Source: a virus
Direction: 5' to 3' (one strand)
IMG/VR virus record: IMGVR_UViG_3300044970_002549
Location: 1 to 64,000 of that record
Length of the DNA stretch: 64,000 bases
A model generated the notes under the pieces. That model was not told the origin of the DNA. It searched no databases and saw only the letters and a list, made by a program, of their open reading frames with translations. Position numbers and translations under genes: made by a program. Below are positions 41,991 through 52,091 of this stretch, piece after piece. The first letter of the stretch is position 1. Every line of letters begins with the position of its first letter.

Positions 41991-44150
41991 TTAGCTTTTT
42001 TCGCGGGCCTCAACCTGGCGCATGATCTTTCCAGACCACGACTGACCTGGGTTTCCGCCCCAAAGCGCCCATGCAATTCTTCCGGCTGATGGGTACCCGG
42101 TTTCGCCTTGTGACCATCCCTCGCCCTGTTTGTCGACTTCGTGTCGGGCAAGATAGGCTCGCATCTTGCGCACCCTCGCAATAGTCATCTTGTTTCCCGT
42201 AAGCATTCTGGCAGTAACTTGGCCAGGGCCAATCCCTCCGCGGCCAAACTCTTCTCGCCAATCAAGTCCTCTGCGCGCTTCGGCCTGAACCGACGATGGC
42301 ACGTTAAGGTTGATTCCGGAATAGTCAGCGGCCTTATGGGCTTGCTTTATGTCTTCCGGAGAATGAACGTTTCTCACCCCAACAGAGCGGTATGCATCTC
42401 TTGCGGCGGCATCATTCTCAACCGCCTCGACAACATTTCCAAGCTCTTTCATAACTTTTGACATCTTGTACTTCTTGAACTGAAGACCAGCACCGGCAGG
42501 GAAGTCACTCATGTACAGCTCGTCGTGAGGAACATCATTTGCATCAAGCCAGTCCCTTGTTTCTTCAAGGCGCTTGGTGGATCTGGCACTGATGATAACG
42601 ATGCGGTGGGTCTCAGACTTTCTTTGAAGATAATCGACCACCGACTCGTTTGGCTCATCCGAACCGTCGCTGATTGTTAGGGTTCCGTCAATGTCGCTGA
42701 CAATAATCGGGTCTCCGGCATCCTTGGAGCTCTGTGACTGGGCTGCCTCCTCTGGCGTGTTGTCTTCAACCATTCCTTCGCCCTGGTCGGGAGAAGGAAC
42801 TCCTTGCGGCTGGTTTGCGCTAGGTGGATTGCCTCCATCTGGGTCGTCTTCAGGGCCCTCTACGATGTTCTCCAAATACTCAAGATAAAGACTCATCGGC
42901 ATGTAGCCTTGCGGTGTTGGAAGCCAGATCTGCTCGCCCATTTCGCCAACCCCGTCTTGCCCACGCTCTCGAAGCGCGTCGTTCAGTCGGAGCCACGGTA
43001 GCCCGGCAAGTGCCTGCTTGTAGTAAGAAGACATTTCTGTCTGCGTCTGCCGGCCCATGTCGGTATAGGCAAAGCGAAGGTTTTCGTCATAGCGCCATAC
43101 GATTTCCCTTGTGATGTACTCGGCAATCAAATCAAGAAGCGGCGCAATGCCGACGTCCTGCGTGAATGCAGCCCCAACGTCTGCGGTGCTGCGGTTCACA
43201 TCAAATCCAATACCGATGTCCTGCGGCTGAACGCCGAATACCGCGCAGATCTTTCGGGCAAGGTAGACCTGCCACTCCATGAACTGCATGTCGCGGTTAG
43301 AAGACGCAAGCGGCATCCACTGCATGCCCTTGCCGCCACCGGTAATTGCTATTTGGCTTCGTCCTGCAATTTCTGCGTCCCAATATGCGCGGAATGAATC
43401 TACTTGGTCCGCACGAACGCCCTCGCCAAGATGCAAAACGCCTGGTGGAGCTGCTGCCATGACTGCTTTTGCATTGTATGCCGCTGCCGCCAAGTCTGCC
43501 TCAATCGTTTCGGAGAGAACTTCTAGGGGCGAGAGGCCAAGCGGTGAGTAGGTGACAGGGTTGGAAATAATTACAATGAGTTCTTTATTAAGGAATCGTG
43601 CAACCTCTCTTCCATCGTCATCAAACTCGAAATACCTAGGGGCTTCGGGGTCGCTTCCGTCCCACCCTGAATCGAATACGATTCTTGCGGCGTCCTTGCT
43701 GTGAATGGCTGCAATCGGCTTGTTGCTTGTTCCGATTCTTCCGCCGTTGGTGGTCTCTACCTCAATCGCACCCTGGTCAAGCACCAGAATGTCCTCGATA
43801 ACAGGCTCAATTAGGGAGCGCCACGACTCCATCTTTTGATTTGGCTTTCTGAGCAAATCCTTGACTAGTGCAACCTTGCGTGCATTTACTGGGCTGTCTG
43901 AGTCCATTGCAACAATGTCCCATTTCGCTCGGCTGACCTGAGTCCTCCGCAGGTTGATGGCGGCTCTAATCCATGGGTTGTTTCGGGACCACCTGCGAAG
44001 CTGCTGGGTGCTTCGCTTCGCATGATGCGTTACGCCAGCCACACCCCTGGCATATGGCGCGGAGTCGTATTCCGGAACAGTTGTGATTGCATTGGCGACT
44101 ATATCGCCGCCACCAAAGAGTCGGCTGAGAAATGAGCGGCGCTCTGCCAT
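41991..44150 (-). CDS. Portal protein (HK97-like) fused to a HAD phosphatase-like domain and a C-terminal domain
   Basis: GLSPLE, PPGVL, DMQF.E..ARKICAVFGVQPQDIG, PLL..I, LNDALRE; then IIVSDIDGTL; then AEARRGLDWR...ARHEVDK..PSAGRIAWALWGG. Confidence 0.9.
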   Translation of the reverse strand: MAERRSFLSRLFGGGDIVANAITTVPEYDSAPYARGVAGVTHHAKRSTQQLRRWSRNNPWIRAAINLRRTQVSRAKWDIVAMDSDSPVNARKVALVKDLLRKPNQKMESWRSLIEPVIEDILVLDQGAIEVETTNGGRIGTSNKPIAAIHSKDAARIVFDSGWDGSDPEAPRYFEFDDDGREVARFLNKELIVIISNPVTYSPLGLSPLEVLSETIEADLAAAAYNAKAVMAAAPPGVLHLGEGVRADQVDSFRAYWDAEIAGRSQIAITGGGKGMQWMPLASSNRDMQFMEWQVYLARKICAVFGVQPQDIGIGFDVNRSTADVGAAFTQDVGIAPLLDLIAEYITREIVWRYDENLRFAYTDMGRQTQTEMSSYYKQALAGLPWLRLNDALRERGQDGVGEMGEQIWLPTPQGYMPMSLYLEYLENIVEGPEDDPDGGNPPSANQPQGVPSPDQGEGMVEDNTPEEAAQSQSSKDAGDPIIVSDIDGTLTISDGSDEPNESVVDYLQRKSETHRIVIISARSTKRLEETRDWLDANDVPHDELYMSDFPAGAGLQFKKYKMSKVMKELGNVVEAVENDAAARDAYRSVGVRNVHSPEDIKQAHKAADYSGINLNVPSSVQAEARRGLDWREEFGRGGIGPGQVTARMLTGNKMTIARVRKMRAYLARHEVDKQGEGWSQGETGYPSAGRIAWALWGGNPGQSWSGKIMRQVEAREKS

Positions 44151-44153
44151 GTC

Positions 44154-44375
44154 TTACCTTCCTGACTTGCTGCGCTTCACGGCTGACCAGAAGATGTCGT
44201 CTGTCATGCGTCGGTTAATAATGTCCTGCATTTGTGCTTTTGTGCAAGAGACGACCCGTCTACCACCGCGATATCCTACCGTATATTGTATCAGGTACTT
44301 ACCCCACCATGACGCCACGACGGTAGTTCCGTCCTCAAAGTCAACTTCTATTGTCCCATCAACACCGGGAATCAC
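44154..44375 (-). CDS. Hypothetical protein
   Basis: Operon with portal. Confidence 0.5.
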   Translation of the reverse strand: MIPGVDGTIEVDFEDGTTVVASWWGKYLIQYTVGYRGGRRVVSCTKAQMQDIINRRMTDDIFWSAVKRSKSGR

Positions 44376-44827
44376 TCCAGAATGTCCTCTTCAATTCCCT
44401 CTATGGCGTCTTGATCCTTAAACATCTGCTCTATGTCAAGCTGATGCTTGCGCTGTTGGGGGACAGATCTTCGTGCCTTGTGGAGATCTTGATAGCACCA
44501 CTTACAAACATTATATCTTTTCTGGCCCTTTGCACGCGGAACCATTGGCTCCGGGGTAAGCTCGGTAATAAGATGCTGGTCTTCTGGTCCGGCCATAATT
44601 CCGCACGATGCGCACTGTGGGTGAGAGCGCTTCAGTTTCTGATATGACTCTAGGACCGGGGTGATTGTTTTGTGCAGGCGTATAAGGGCAGACGCAAGCT
44701 CCCGCACCTCCTTGCCGCGTTCACGGATTTCTGAGCAAAGAGTACATTTAAGCGCGTCGTCGTCAAGTCCATGGTGCTGGTGTCCTAAATCGCTCATACT
44801 TACATGGTAGCAGTAAACACCAAACAC
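44372..44827 (-). CDS. Cys-rich coiled-coil hypothetical protein
   Basis: CTLC, CASC, CKWC; start probably MSDLGH. Confidence 0.55.
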   Translation of the reverse strand: MFGVYCYHVSMSDLGHQHHGLDDDALKCTLCSEIRERGKEVRELASALIRLHKTITPVLESYQKLKRSHPQCASCGIMAGPEDQHLITELTPEPMVPRAKGQKRYNVCKWCYQDLHKARRSVPQQRKHQLDIEQMFKDQDAIEGIEEDILE

Positions 44828-45014
44828 AAGATAAAAGATTTATTGTAGAATGTCCACATATTGTCCGCGTGATGCTTTGTTTGGTAAAGAATCCTAAACA
44901 TTCATCATTGTATTCGATGTGTCTCTATGTCCATCTTGTGATATTAGAGATTATTATTGTATTGACGCGGCCGTCATCGGACATCAATATGTCCGGGTAC
45001 CTAGGGAGGTCATT

Positions 45015-46751
45015 GTGGATTTTAAAGTCTTTACAAACGCCCTTAAGGCGTATGAGGGGCCAAATGGCGACCTCTTTGTTACCGGCACAACCTCATCGAC
45101 AATCAGGGATCTGCACGGCGATGAGATGACTCTAAATGCCATTCGCACGATGGCCGATACCGCAAAGCAGAATATGACGATCTTCTTGAACCATAACTAT
45201 ATGGTTCCCGAAGATCTTTTCGGCTCGGTTACTGATGCACGAGTTGTAAAGCGCTGGGACAGCGAAGCCGGTTTCGAGGTGTACGACCTTGACATTGACG
45301 TACTTGTCTGCAAGGAAGACGAAAACCCAGAGGCCATGCGGGCATACAAGGCCATTAAGCGCGGGGTAAAGCTTGGGCTTTCTATTGGCGCGCGTGTGGA
45401 TAGGGTCTCAAAGAAGAAAGACGCAAGCACTGGTGAGGACACGTATGTAATCGACTCCGTAAAGCTTATGGAGGCCTCAGTAGTCGGAATTCCGGCTAAC
45501 CAGCGCTCATACCTACAGAATGCCGTCAAGAGCCTCAAGGCCGCCGAGAAGTCGGGGGATTTTGAGATCTCTGAGAAAGCTGCCCCTGATTCGGTGCGTG
45601 AAGGCGACTTTGTTTCATGGGGCTCAAGCGGCGGGACTGCTCGTGGTCGCGTTGAACATGTTATGCGCGAGGGCACTCTGGGAGTTCCTGATTCTGACTT
45701 CAAAATTGAAGCCACACCGGAAGATCCAGCTGCTCTTATCCGAATCTGGAGGCCAGAAGGAGACAGCTGGCAGGAGACCGACAAGCTTGTCGGGCACAAG
45801 GTTTCTACGTTGAACAAAATTGAATCTTTGAAGTCTATCGTTGAATCCGTCTTGGCAGGTGACCAGGAACTGGAAACACAGCGGTCATCGCAGCCTTTTG
45901 CTTCTTTGGCCCAGGAAAGGTCTGAGTCGGAGTCGACTGAGACGTCAAAGGCCCAAGAAGCGGGCGATACTGAAGGAGAAAATATCGTGGGAGACACTGA
46001 GAAGGCTACCCGGGTGACCGTCACTGTCACGCAAAGCGACGACAAGGAGACGAAGAAGCCGGAAGTTAATGAAAACACCCAGGATGAAGCTGTTGCAGCC
46101 GAGTCCGATGTCGCCAAGTCTGAGCAGGAAGCCCCTGCCGAGGAGACGCCAGCAGTCGATGCCACCCCAGAGGTGGAGCCGGTTGCCCCAGAGGCTGAAC
46201 CTGCGGTAGAGGCACCTGTCGAGACTCCCGTTGAGGAGTCGGCTGCGCCAGTCGCGGAAGAGGTCAATGCAGCGCACGAGGCCCTTCAGGCCCTTGGCGC
46301 CGTACTTGTCCACGCAAGCGCCGACGAGCGCGCGCAGATCTTGTCAAAGGTTGCAGCGTTCGCAGATGGCGAACCAGCAGCTGAAACCGAGGCCGAAGTA
46401 GCCGAGGTTGTTGTCACCGAGGGTGAAGCAGATGCCGTTGAGGCGCCTGAGGTCACTCTGGAAATTGTTGAGGCCAAGGGCCTTGACGAAGTAACTGCCA
46501 TCGCCAAGTCTGCGCTGGATGCAGCCTTTGCGGCACAGCAGGAGGTCAGCGCGATCAAGTCGCAGCTCACCGAACTGGTTGCCCAGAAGGCCAAGGTCGA
46601 GTCTGATCTTGCGAAGGCGCTTGATGTCGTCGGTCGATTGATGGATCTTCCATCGGGTCGAAAGGCATATTCGAGTGCATCCGTAAATTCTGGGACGAAG
46701 GCCCCATGGCTTTCGCCCGTAATCCAGCGCATGCTGGACAGCCAGGAGTAA
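45015..46751 (+). CDS. Prohead protease (HK97-type) plus Tudor-like insert and acidic scaffold
   Basis: GGGAGG RBS before GTG 45015; RDLHGD, FLNHN, GLSIG, LMEASVVGIPAN; then EGDFVSW..GGTARGRV..GHKVSTL; E/A/P-rich region and coiled-coil C-terminus. Confidence 0.88.
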   Translation: MDFKVFTNALKAYEGPNGDLFVTGTTSSTIRDLHGDEMTLNAIRTMADTAKQNMTIFLNHNYMVPEDLFGSVTDARVVKRWDSEAGFEVYDLDIDVLVCKEDENPEAMRAYKAIKRGVKLGLSIGARVDRVSKKKDASTGEDTYVIDSVKLMEASVVGIPANQRSYLQNAVKSLKAAEKSGDFEISEKAAPDSVREGDFVSWGSSGGTARGRVEHVMREGTLGVPDSDFKIEATPEDPAALIRIWRPEGDSWQETDKLVGHKVSTLNKIESLKSIVESVLAGDQELETQRSSQPFASLAQERSESESTETSKAQEAGDTEGENIVGDTEKATRVTVTVTQSDDKETKKPEVNENTQDEAVAAESDVAKSEQEAPAEETPAVDATPEVEPVAPEAEPAVEAPVETPVEESAAPVAEEVNAAHEALQALGAVLVHASADERAQILSKVAAFADGEPAAETEAEVAEVVVTEGEADAVEAPEVTLEIVEAKGLDEVTAIAKSALDAAFAAQQEVSAIKSQLTELVAQKAKVESDLAKALDVVGRLMDLPSGRKAYSSASVNSGTKAPWLSPVIQRMLDSQE

Positions 46752-46755
46752 AAAA

Positions 46756-47988
46756 ATGAGCGAACTTAACGAAAAGTTGCAGGAAGTGCAGAAGGGTCTG
46801 GATGACCTCGGCACTGCCCCGCACCTTGTTGGCCGTGTTGCCGACGAGAACCTCGATGTTGCCGAGGCCTATGCGACCCAGCGCGAACTTCGCAAGAAGT
46901 TCTCAAAGATGAGCCGCACTGAGCTTGGCGAGATCCTTGACATCCAGGCAGCCCGCGAAGGCGGGAAGCAGGCTTCTTCGGACGTTCTTAACCGCCTTGC
47001 GGTTGCGAACCCGAACATTGCCAAGCTTCTTGACTCGACGGGTGGCACGGCTCTTATCCGTCAGGACCTTGAGCCAATTCTTTACGCTTTGTTCGTGAAG
47101 AAGTTCCCATTCTTTGAGCGCCTCCGCAAGGAGCCTGCAAACGGCCTCGTGCATGCGTTCAATCAGCAGACCGCCTATGGCGATGCGGTGTTCCAGACTG
47201 AGACCGGAACGGTCACGGACGACACGAACACCTATAGCCGAGCAACGACCAACGTGGCCGTTCTCGCAACCCGCCGTGGCATTACGCTCAAGAGCCAGTT
47301 TGCGATCACGCAGGGCGGCGCTCCAGGGCAGCAGGGTCTTTCGACCGAGCTTGAGGGTGGCGTTGTTGCCATTGCCGCAAAGCTCCAGAAGACGCTCTTC
47401 CAGGGTAACGCTGACACTACGACGAACGCAGGTACGGCAACTGAGCTTGGCGCTTACGACGCTAACGGTTTCACCGGTCTCCGCAAGCTCCTCGGAGCAG
47501 GGACTGGAACGGCCCAGATCGTCAACAAGGGCACGGCTGCCTATCTCGCAACGATCAACAACAATGTTGCCAGCATTTTGAATGCCGGTGGCAACCCGTC
47601 AGCGATCCTTTGCTCGCCAACGGACTATGCTGGCCTGGTGAATGAGCTGACGAACCTCGTCCGCTATAACGCACCTGCCCAGACGGCCCAGAACGCCGGC
47701 GCGACCTTCGGGTCAGTCGTCACGGCTGCTGGTGAGCTCCCGATCCTTGCCGTCCCTGGTGACAGCATTGGGTCGTACACCCTTAGCTCGGTGGACTACC
47801 GCGATATGTACGTGGTAGACGAGTCAGTTTGGTCGATGCCTTACCTCGGTTCGGACTCGATCACTACGCTCGAAATTCCGGTTGGAACGAACGGTTCCCT
47901 TTCACGCCTTTACATCATGTACTGCATGTATGGTCTGGCGAGCAAGGCCAACAAGTTCAACGGGAAGATCCGCGTCACGGTCGCGTAA
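46756..47988 (+). CDS. Major capsid protein (HK97 fold)
   Basis: Follows protease/scaffold; 410 aa; ALIRQDLE, LFQGN, FTGLRK; strong codon bias; terminator follows. Confidence 0.88.
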   Translation: MSELNEKLQEVQKGLDDLGTAPHLVGRVADENLDVAEAYATQRELRKKFSKMSRTELGEILDIQAAREGGKQASSDVLNRLAVANPNIAKLLDSTGGTALIRQDLEPILYALFVKKFPFFERLRKEPANGLVHAFNQQTAYGDAVFQTETGTVTDDTNTYSRATTNVAVLATRRGITLKSQFAITQGGAPGQQGLSTELEGGVVAIAAKLQKTLFQGNADTTTNAGTATELGAYDANGFTGLRKLLGAGTGTAQIVNKGTAAYLATINNNVASILNAGGNPSAILCSPTDYAGLVNELTNLVRYNAPAQTAQNAGATFGSVVTAAGELPILAVPGDSIGSYTLSSVDYRDMYVVDESVWSMPYLGSDSITTLEIPVGTNGSLSRLYIMYCMYGLASKANKFNGKIRVTVA

Positions 47989-48010
47989 GCGATTCGTTCG
48001 TAGGTTTTGT

Positions 48011-48048
48011 GAAGGGGGGCGGGGGAAACCTCGCTCCCCTTTGCTTTT
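48011..48048 (+). terminator. Intrinsic terminator after capsid gene
   Basis: GAAGGGGGGCGGGG-GAAA-CCTCGCTCCCCTTT-GCTTTT. Confidence 0.7.
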
Positions 48049-48057
48049 GGTGAATAT

Positions 48058-48288
48058 ATGGCCAAGCGAAGAAAAAACAGGAAAATACCACACCACGAAG
48101 TAATGGCAAAGAAAGCAATTGCCTATGCTATTGCGCAAAACCCTGAATATTTGGTAGAAATTCACTGGGAATACGGCAAGGCAATCATGCTTTCCGACGG
48201 AGCATCCATTCAATTTGAGGATGGGAGAGCCAGAATTCCACTCCGCCTCCTTTCGGAGGTTGAGCAGTACGGGTGCAAGCGCATCTAG
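48058..48288 (+). CDS. Hypothetical protein
   Basis: ORF in the head operon. Confidence 0.5.
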   Translation: MAKRRKNRKIPHHEVMAKKAIAYAIAQNPEYLVEIHWEYGKAIMLSDGASIQFEDGRARIPLRLLSEVEQYGCKRI

Positions 48289-48302
48289 CAAGGAGAATCA
48301 TT

Positions 48303-48626
48303 ATGTCAGATTTCAAGGATCTCTTTAACGGGCTGGACGAAGAGCAAGAGTCCGTAGAGGTTGCTGCTCCTGTTGTTGAGGCAGCGCCAACCCCTGTCGC
48401 AGCGCCAGCACCAGCTCCTGCCCCAGTGGCACCAGCAGTACCGGTTGTTGCGGCAAGCGCAGACGAGTGGGAAGTAGCCCCGGGAGTCTGGCAGATCGTA
48501 ACGCCAGTAACCGGAGCATTCACCCTCCCAGACGGCACCTGGGTTCGACCAACCGAAGCTAACGGCGTTTCGCGCGCAGCAGTGCCGGCAAAGTGGGTCG
48601 AATACGTCCGTGCCCTTAAGGGATAA
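48303..48626 (+). CDS. Hypothetical virion-associated protein (Pro/Ala-rich linker)
   Basis: AAGGAG RBS before ATG 48303. Confidence 0.6.
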   Translation: MSDFKDLFNGLDEEQESVEVAAPVVEAAPTPVAAPAPAPAPVAPAVPVVAASADEWEVAPGVWQIVTPVTGAFTLPDGTWVRPTEANGVSRAAVPAKWVEYVRALKG

Positions 48627-48680
48627 TTCGTAGGCAGTCCGATCCTGGACCGCTGAGCAGAGAAAGGGGATAATCAGCAC

Positions 48681-49604
48681 ATGGCAACTCTTTTGAAGCT
48701 CAGCGTTCCGGGTATCGTGACTGATATCGCAACCTATAACCGCCTTGAGATTGGGCGTGCTACAAGCGAATCAGACGCAACAACGCGCACCGGAACATGG
48801 TCCATTATCGGCTATCAGTCACTTGTTAGCAATGTTTCTACTTATGAGTACACAGACCCTGACGGCACGTCCGTAAATTGGTACTCACATCGCCTCAATC
48901 ATTCCGGGACAAACGCAAGCGGTTCCTGGGGAGCTCCAATCACCGGTAGGGTCTATGGATATCTGAGCGTCGGTGAATTTAAGGAATATGAGATTGGCGA
49001 TCTATTTAATCCTGACGGCACGGAAGTTTCTGATGCAAAGATCCGTCAGCTAGTTAAAATTGCCAGCTCAATGATTGACTCATTTGTTGGCTATTCATTT
49101 GATCACCGTCGATCCACCGAAAAGCATCGATGGAGCCAGCAAACTCGTCGAATCTATCCAATTCATAAGGGGATCGTATCTGTTGAGGCAGTAAGAATTT
49201 ATGTAAGCGCACAGCAGTCCGCCGCATTCACTGTCAATGATATATTTATTAATGACGACAGGGGCTACGTTGAGATCACCTCACTTGCCAATGTCACGTA
49301 TTCTCTTTTCCCTGCAATTGTCGCCCTCGGCATGATTGAGCCGGTTGCAGAGATTACATACACCCACGGGAACACTGTAACGCCACAGGACATAAAGGAC
49401 GCAACTGCATTGATCGTTGTTGACCTTCTCGCCAAGGACTCTCTGGCAAAGCAGGGTCTCCAGGGCGTATCCCGTCTTCGTGTGGGAGAAATGGAAATCT
49501 ATGCTGATCCAGCATCGGTTGGGCCAGCTCGTGTTCCACTTGCCGCCATTCCTCAGGCCGCAATCCTGCTCCTAGATCCATACGTAAGGACCGCAATCCG
49601 ATGA
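48681..49604 (+). CDS. Head-tail adaptor/connector with N-terminal beta extension
   Basis: ASSMIDSFVG, ITYTHG..PQDIKDAT, LLDPYVR. Confidence 0.75.
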   Translation: MATLLKLSVPGIVTDIATYNRLEIGRATSESDATTRTGTWSIIGYQSLVSNVSTYEYTDPDGTSVNWYSHRLNHSGTNASGSWGAPITGRVYGYLSVGEFKEYEIGDLFNPDGTEVSDAKIRQLVKIASSMIDSFVGYSFDHRRSTEKHRWSQQTRRIYPIHKGIVSVEAVRIYVSAQQSAAFTVNDIFINDDRGYVEITSLANVTYSLFPAIVALGMIEPVAEITYTHGNTVTPQDIKDATALIVVDLLAKDSLAKQGLQGVSRLRVGEMEIYADPASVGPARVPLAAIPQAAILLLDPYVRTAIR

Positions 49605-49924
49605 TCCCCGGTCTATTTACCATCGTATCACTCACACGACCAGGACTCACCGGACAAGATGCAATTGGAAGTCCAGTGATCACTAATGCCAGCGTGTGGA
49701 CAAAGCGTGGGCACTATCAGCAGAGCTACCATCAGGAGGGCATCGGGCCGACTGGCCGAGCGACCAAGGACGTATACAAGTTTTGGCTTCCATTTGCCAC
49801 TGGTGATTACCGGCCACAGGTTGGAGACCTTCTTACTGCCGACGGAAGGACATATACCGTCGTGGAGGCGGCCCAGGAGAGCCTGCGTCACCACCTTCTT
49901 GTGGTAGCCAGGATCACAGAATAG
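49601..49924 (+). CDS. Head closure (stopper) protein
   Basis: Position, size, GDLLTADGRTYTV...HHL. Confidence 0.65.
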   Translation: MIPGLFTIVSLTRPGLTGQDAIGSPVITNASVWTKRGHYQQSYHQEGIGPTGRATKDVYKFWLPFATGDYRPQVGDLLTADGRTYTVVEAAQESLRHHLLVVARITE

Positions 49925-49926
49925 CC

Positions 49927-50622
49927 GTGGCAAAGAATGAAGTAACTTTCAATATTAAGGCCGCAGAGAACAACTTGCGTTCTGTCCGGAAGACCCTGCA
50001 GGAGTCAGTTGATCACCTGAACCCAACCTTCCAGGCAGTAGCCGTACAAATCGTCCAGAATGCCGTCTACGGCGGCCCAGGAAGCCTTGCTGGGATGGCA
50101 TCCGATCTGGCCCCAGTTGACACTGGAGCGCTTCGTGCTGGGCTTGCATCACCCAATTCCAACGAAGAATTTGACAAGGGCCGACAGTCGCAGAGCGTAT
50201 TCTCCGTATCGCCAGTCGGCAAGGGTGGCGTGCAGTATGTCGGCGTCACCTACGGCACCGACCCAACAAGAGACGACGGTGAGGGCTATGCGCAATACGT
50301 GCAGACTGATTACCTGTCTGCACCTGCCGCAAAATTCCGAAGTACCATGGGGGCTATTGGTACGGAAATATCTCGAGCCATTGCCTCGGTTATCGCAGCA
50401 AACATTCGAGTTGCAGCGTCAACCTCTGGGGCCTACGTAACAGCAAAAACCCGCTTGAGTCCAACAAGTGTGCTCCGACTTATTAGGAAGTTCGGTTCTG
50501 CACCTATTGAGACTACAAGCGGGAGAGGCTATGGGTACCGCAAGCTCGCTGCTATGCCGCGGTCCCAGTACCTCAAGATTATGCGTCAACGACGCTATCT
50601 TGCCAGAAAGAGATCTAGCTAA
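49927..50622 (+). CDS. HK97 gp10-like neck/tail-completion protein
   Basis: APVDTGALR, YAQYV. Confidence 0.65.
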   Translation: MAKNEVTFNIKAAENNLRSVRKTLQESVDHLNPTFQAVAVQIVQNAVYGGPGSLAGMASDLAPVDTGALRAGLASPNSNEEFDKGRQSQSVFSVSPVGKGGVQYVGVTYGTDPTRDDGEGYAQYVQTDYLSAPAAKFRSTMGAIGTEISRAIASVIAANIRVAASTSGAYVTAKTRLSPTSVLRLIRKFGSAPIETTSGRGYGYRKLAAMPRSQYLKIMRQRRYLARKRSS

Positions 50623-51883
50623 GTCGAATCAGATACTCAGCAGTTACCCCTTCTGTGTGCTGGAACAACAGCCATTGGCATGGCTCGCCTGCTGATGCAA
50701 GCTGCTCCTGAGCGTAGGTGTTCGAGCTTTCGGTCGATCCTCCACTCCAGTGGGTGATTCCATTAAGATACATACGGGTTGGCGTATGGAAGTGCCCGGC
50801 CGCGCTGTAGTCAAACCGCGCAACAGTCATATTCCAGCCCTGAAGCTTCTTGCCAAACCCATACCAAGGGAAGCCAGCAAAACCGCCGCCAACCTGGTCC
50901 CCATGGAATAGGAACCAAGTCTTTCCCTTAACCTCGTCGGCTGCAAACCATGCTCGCTCGCCCTCTGCCAGGGTTTCCACCCATTCGACATTTGTCTGCT
51001 CTTTAAGGAGCATTGAGGCGATTCGATACATCATTGCGTCCGCATTGCTTTCTGGGTGGAATGTTCCTTTTCGGCCAAGTCGACCGTGGTTTCCAATAAC
51101 ACCAACAACCTTGATCTTCTCAAACTCGCCGGAAAGCTTCCTGACTAAATTTGCAAGAATCTCACCGCCGTGGAAAATCTGGTTATACAGCGACGCATCA
51201 ACAAGATGAGCCTGGCCTGGGAAGATGTCCTCACCCTCAATAAGGTCGCCAAGAAGATAAATTCTTAGCTCTCTTACTGGATGCGCCTTGCGCTGAATGT
51301 CGACAAGCTTTTGCACCTTATCGGACAGCTGCCTGATTCGATCCGCGCAGACCTCGGAGCTATAGGTTGGAGTGATCTTACCGAGCTGCCAGTCAGAAAG
51401 CAGCAAGATTGCAGTTTCGTCATCGGCTTTTCGGTTGTCGTGCTTTGGTGGCTTCACGGGCTCAATGTGGATCGCCGCAGCCGCCTCTCTGGCCGCTTGA
51501 TACACGGCCTCGATTAGTTCCTGCTGCTCACGATCCTTGTCGTCGAGCTTTCGCAAAGCTTTTCGATGTGCTGCCTTTAGGCGCTCAATTTCAGATGTGG
51601 CCTCGTAGGCGGCGTTCTCGCGCTCCGCGATTGCGCTAACGATATCTGGGGTCATCCCCGAGCTGATCTTGTCTCGCAAGGACCCAGGAACTGTGAAGGG
51701 CTTCTTTCCATTGTTGATGCGCTTATCAACAAATGATGTTTTCCCTCGAAGCAAGTTGTTTCTCATGATTCGCCATGAGTCTTTGCTTCGGTCTGGGTAT
51801 GATGCGTAAAACGCTTCATACTCCATATTGACTGCATCCTGTTTTTCCTGCGCGGTCCATGACCGCACGGAGAACTGTGGCAT
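50615..51883 (-). CDS. Calcineurin-like metallophosphoesterase with N-terminal coiled coil
   Basis: LSDWQLG, GDLIEG, GNHGR, FHGD, GHFH. Confidence 0.85.
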   Translation of the reverse strand: MPQFSVRSWTAQEKQDAVNMEYEAFYASYPDRSKDSWRIMRNNLLRGKTSFVDKRINNGKKPFTVPGSLRDKISSGMTPDIVSAIAERENAAYEATSEIERLKAAHRKALRKLDDKDREQQELIEAVYQAAREAAAAIHIEPVKPPKHDNRKADDETAILLLSDWQLGKITPTYSSEVCADRIRQLSDKVQKLVDIQRKAHPVRELRIYLLGDLIEGEDIFPGQAHLVDASLYNQIFHGGEILANLVRKLSGEFEKIKVVGVIGNHGRLGRKGTFHPESNADAMMYRIASMLLKEQTNVEWVETLAEGERAWFAADEVKGKTWFLFHGDQVGGGFAGFPWYGFGKKLQGWNMTVARFDYSAAGHFHTPTRMYLNGITHWSGGSTESSNTYAQEQLASAGEPCQWLLFQHTEGVTAEYLIRLS

Positions 51884-51908
51884 GAAAAACTCCTTTGCCG
51901 GGGAAGGG

Positions 51909-52091
51909 CTACTTCTTCTTCCCTGATGGCTTCTTCTTGGCCGTCTTAGCTACAGACTTGACCTTGGGCTTTGGCGCCCGCTCAACAAGCTGTTCGGGCA
52001 TGTCCCAAAGCTGTCGCTTGATAGTTCGGAATGCCTTCTTCAAGGCCTTCTCAAAAATCTTTTGTACCTTCTTGAATACTTTATTCATCAC
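51909..52091 (-). CDS. Small Lys-rich protein
   Basis: Upstream of and co-oriented with the phosphoesterase. Confidence 0.45.
   Translation of the reverse strand: MMNKVFKKVQKIFEKALKKAFRTIKRQLWDMPEQLVERAPKPKVKSVAKTAKKKPSGKKK

Noticed and set aside
45197-46267. 356-aa Ser/Thr-rich minus-strand ORF
   Set aside because: Antisense shadow of the Glu/Ala/Pro-rich protease-scaffold gene.
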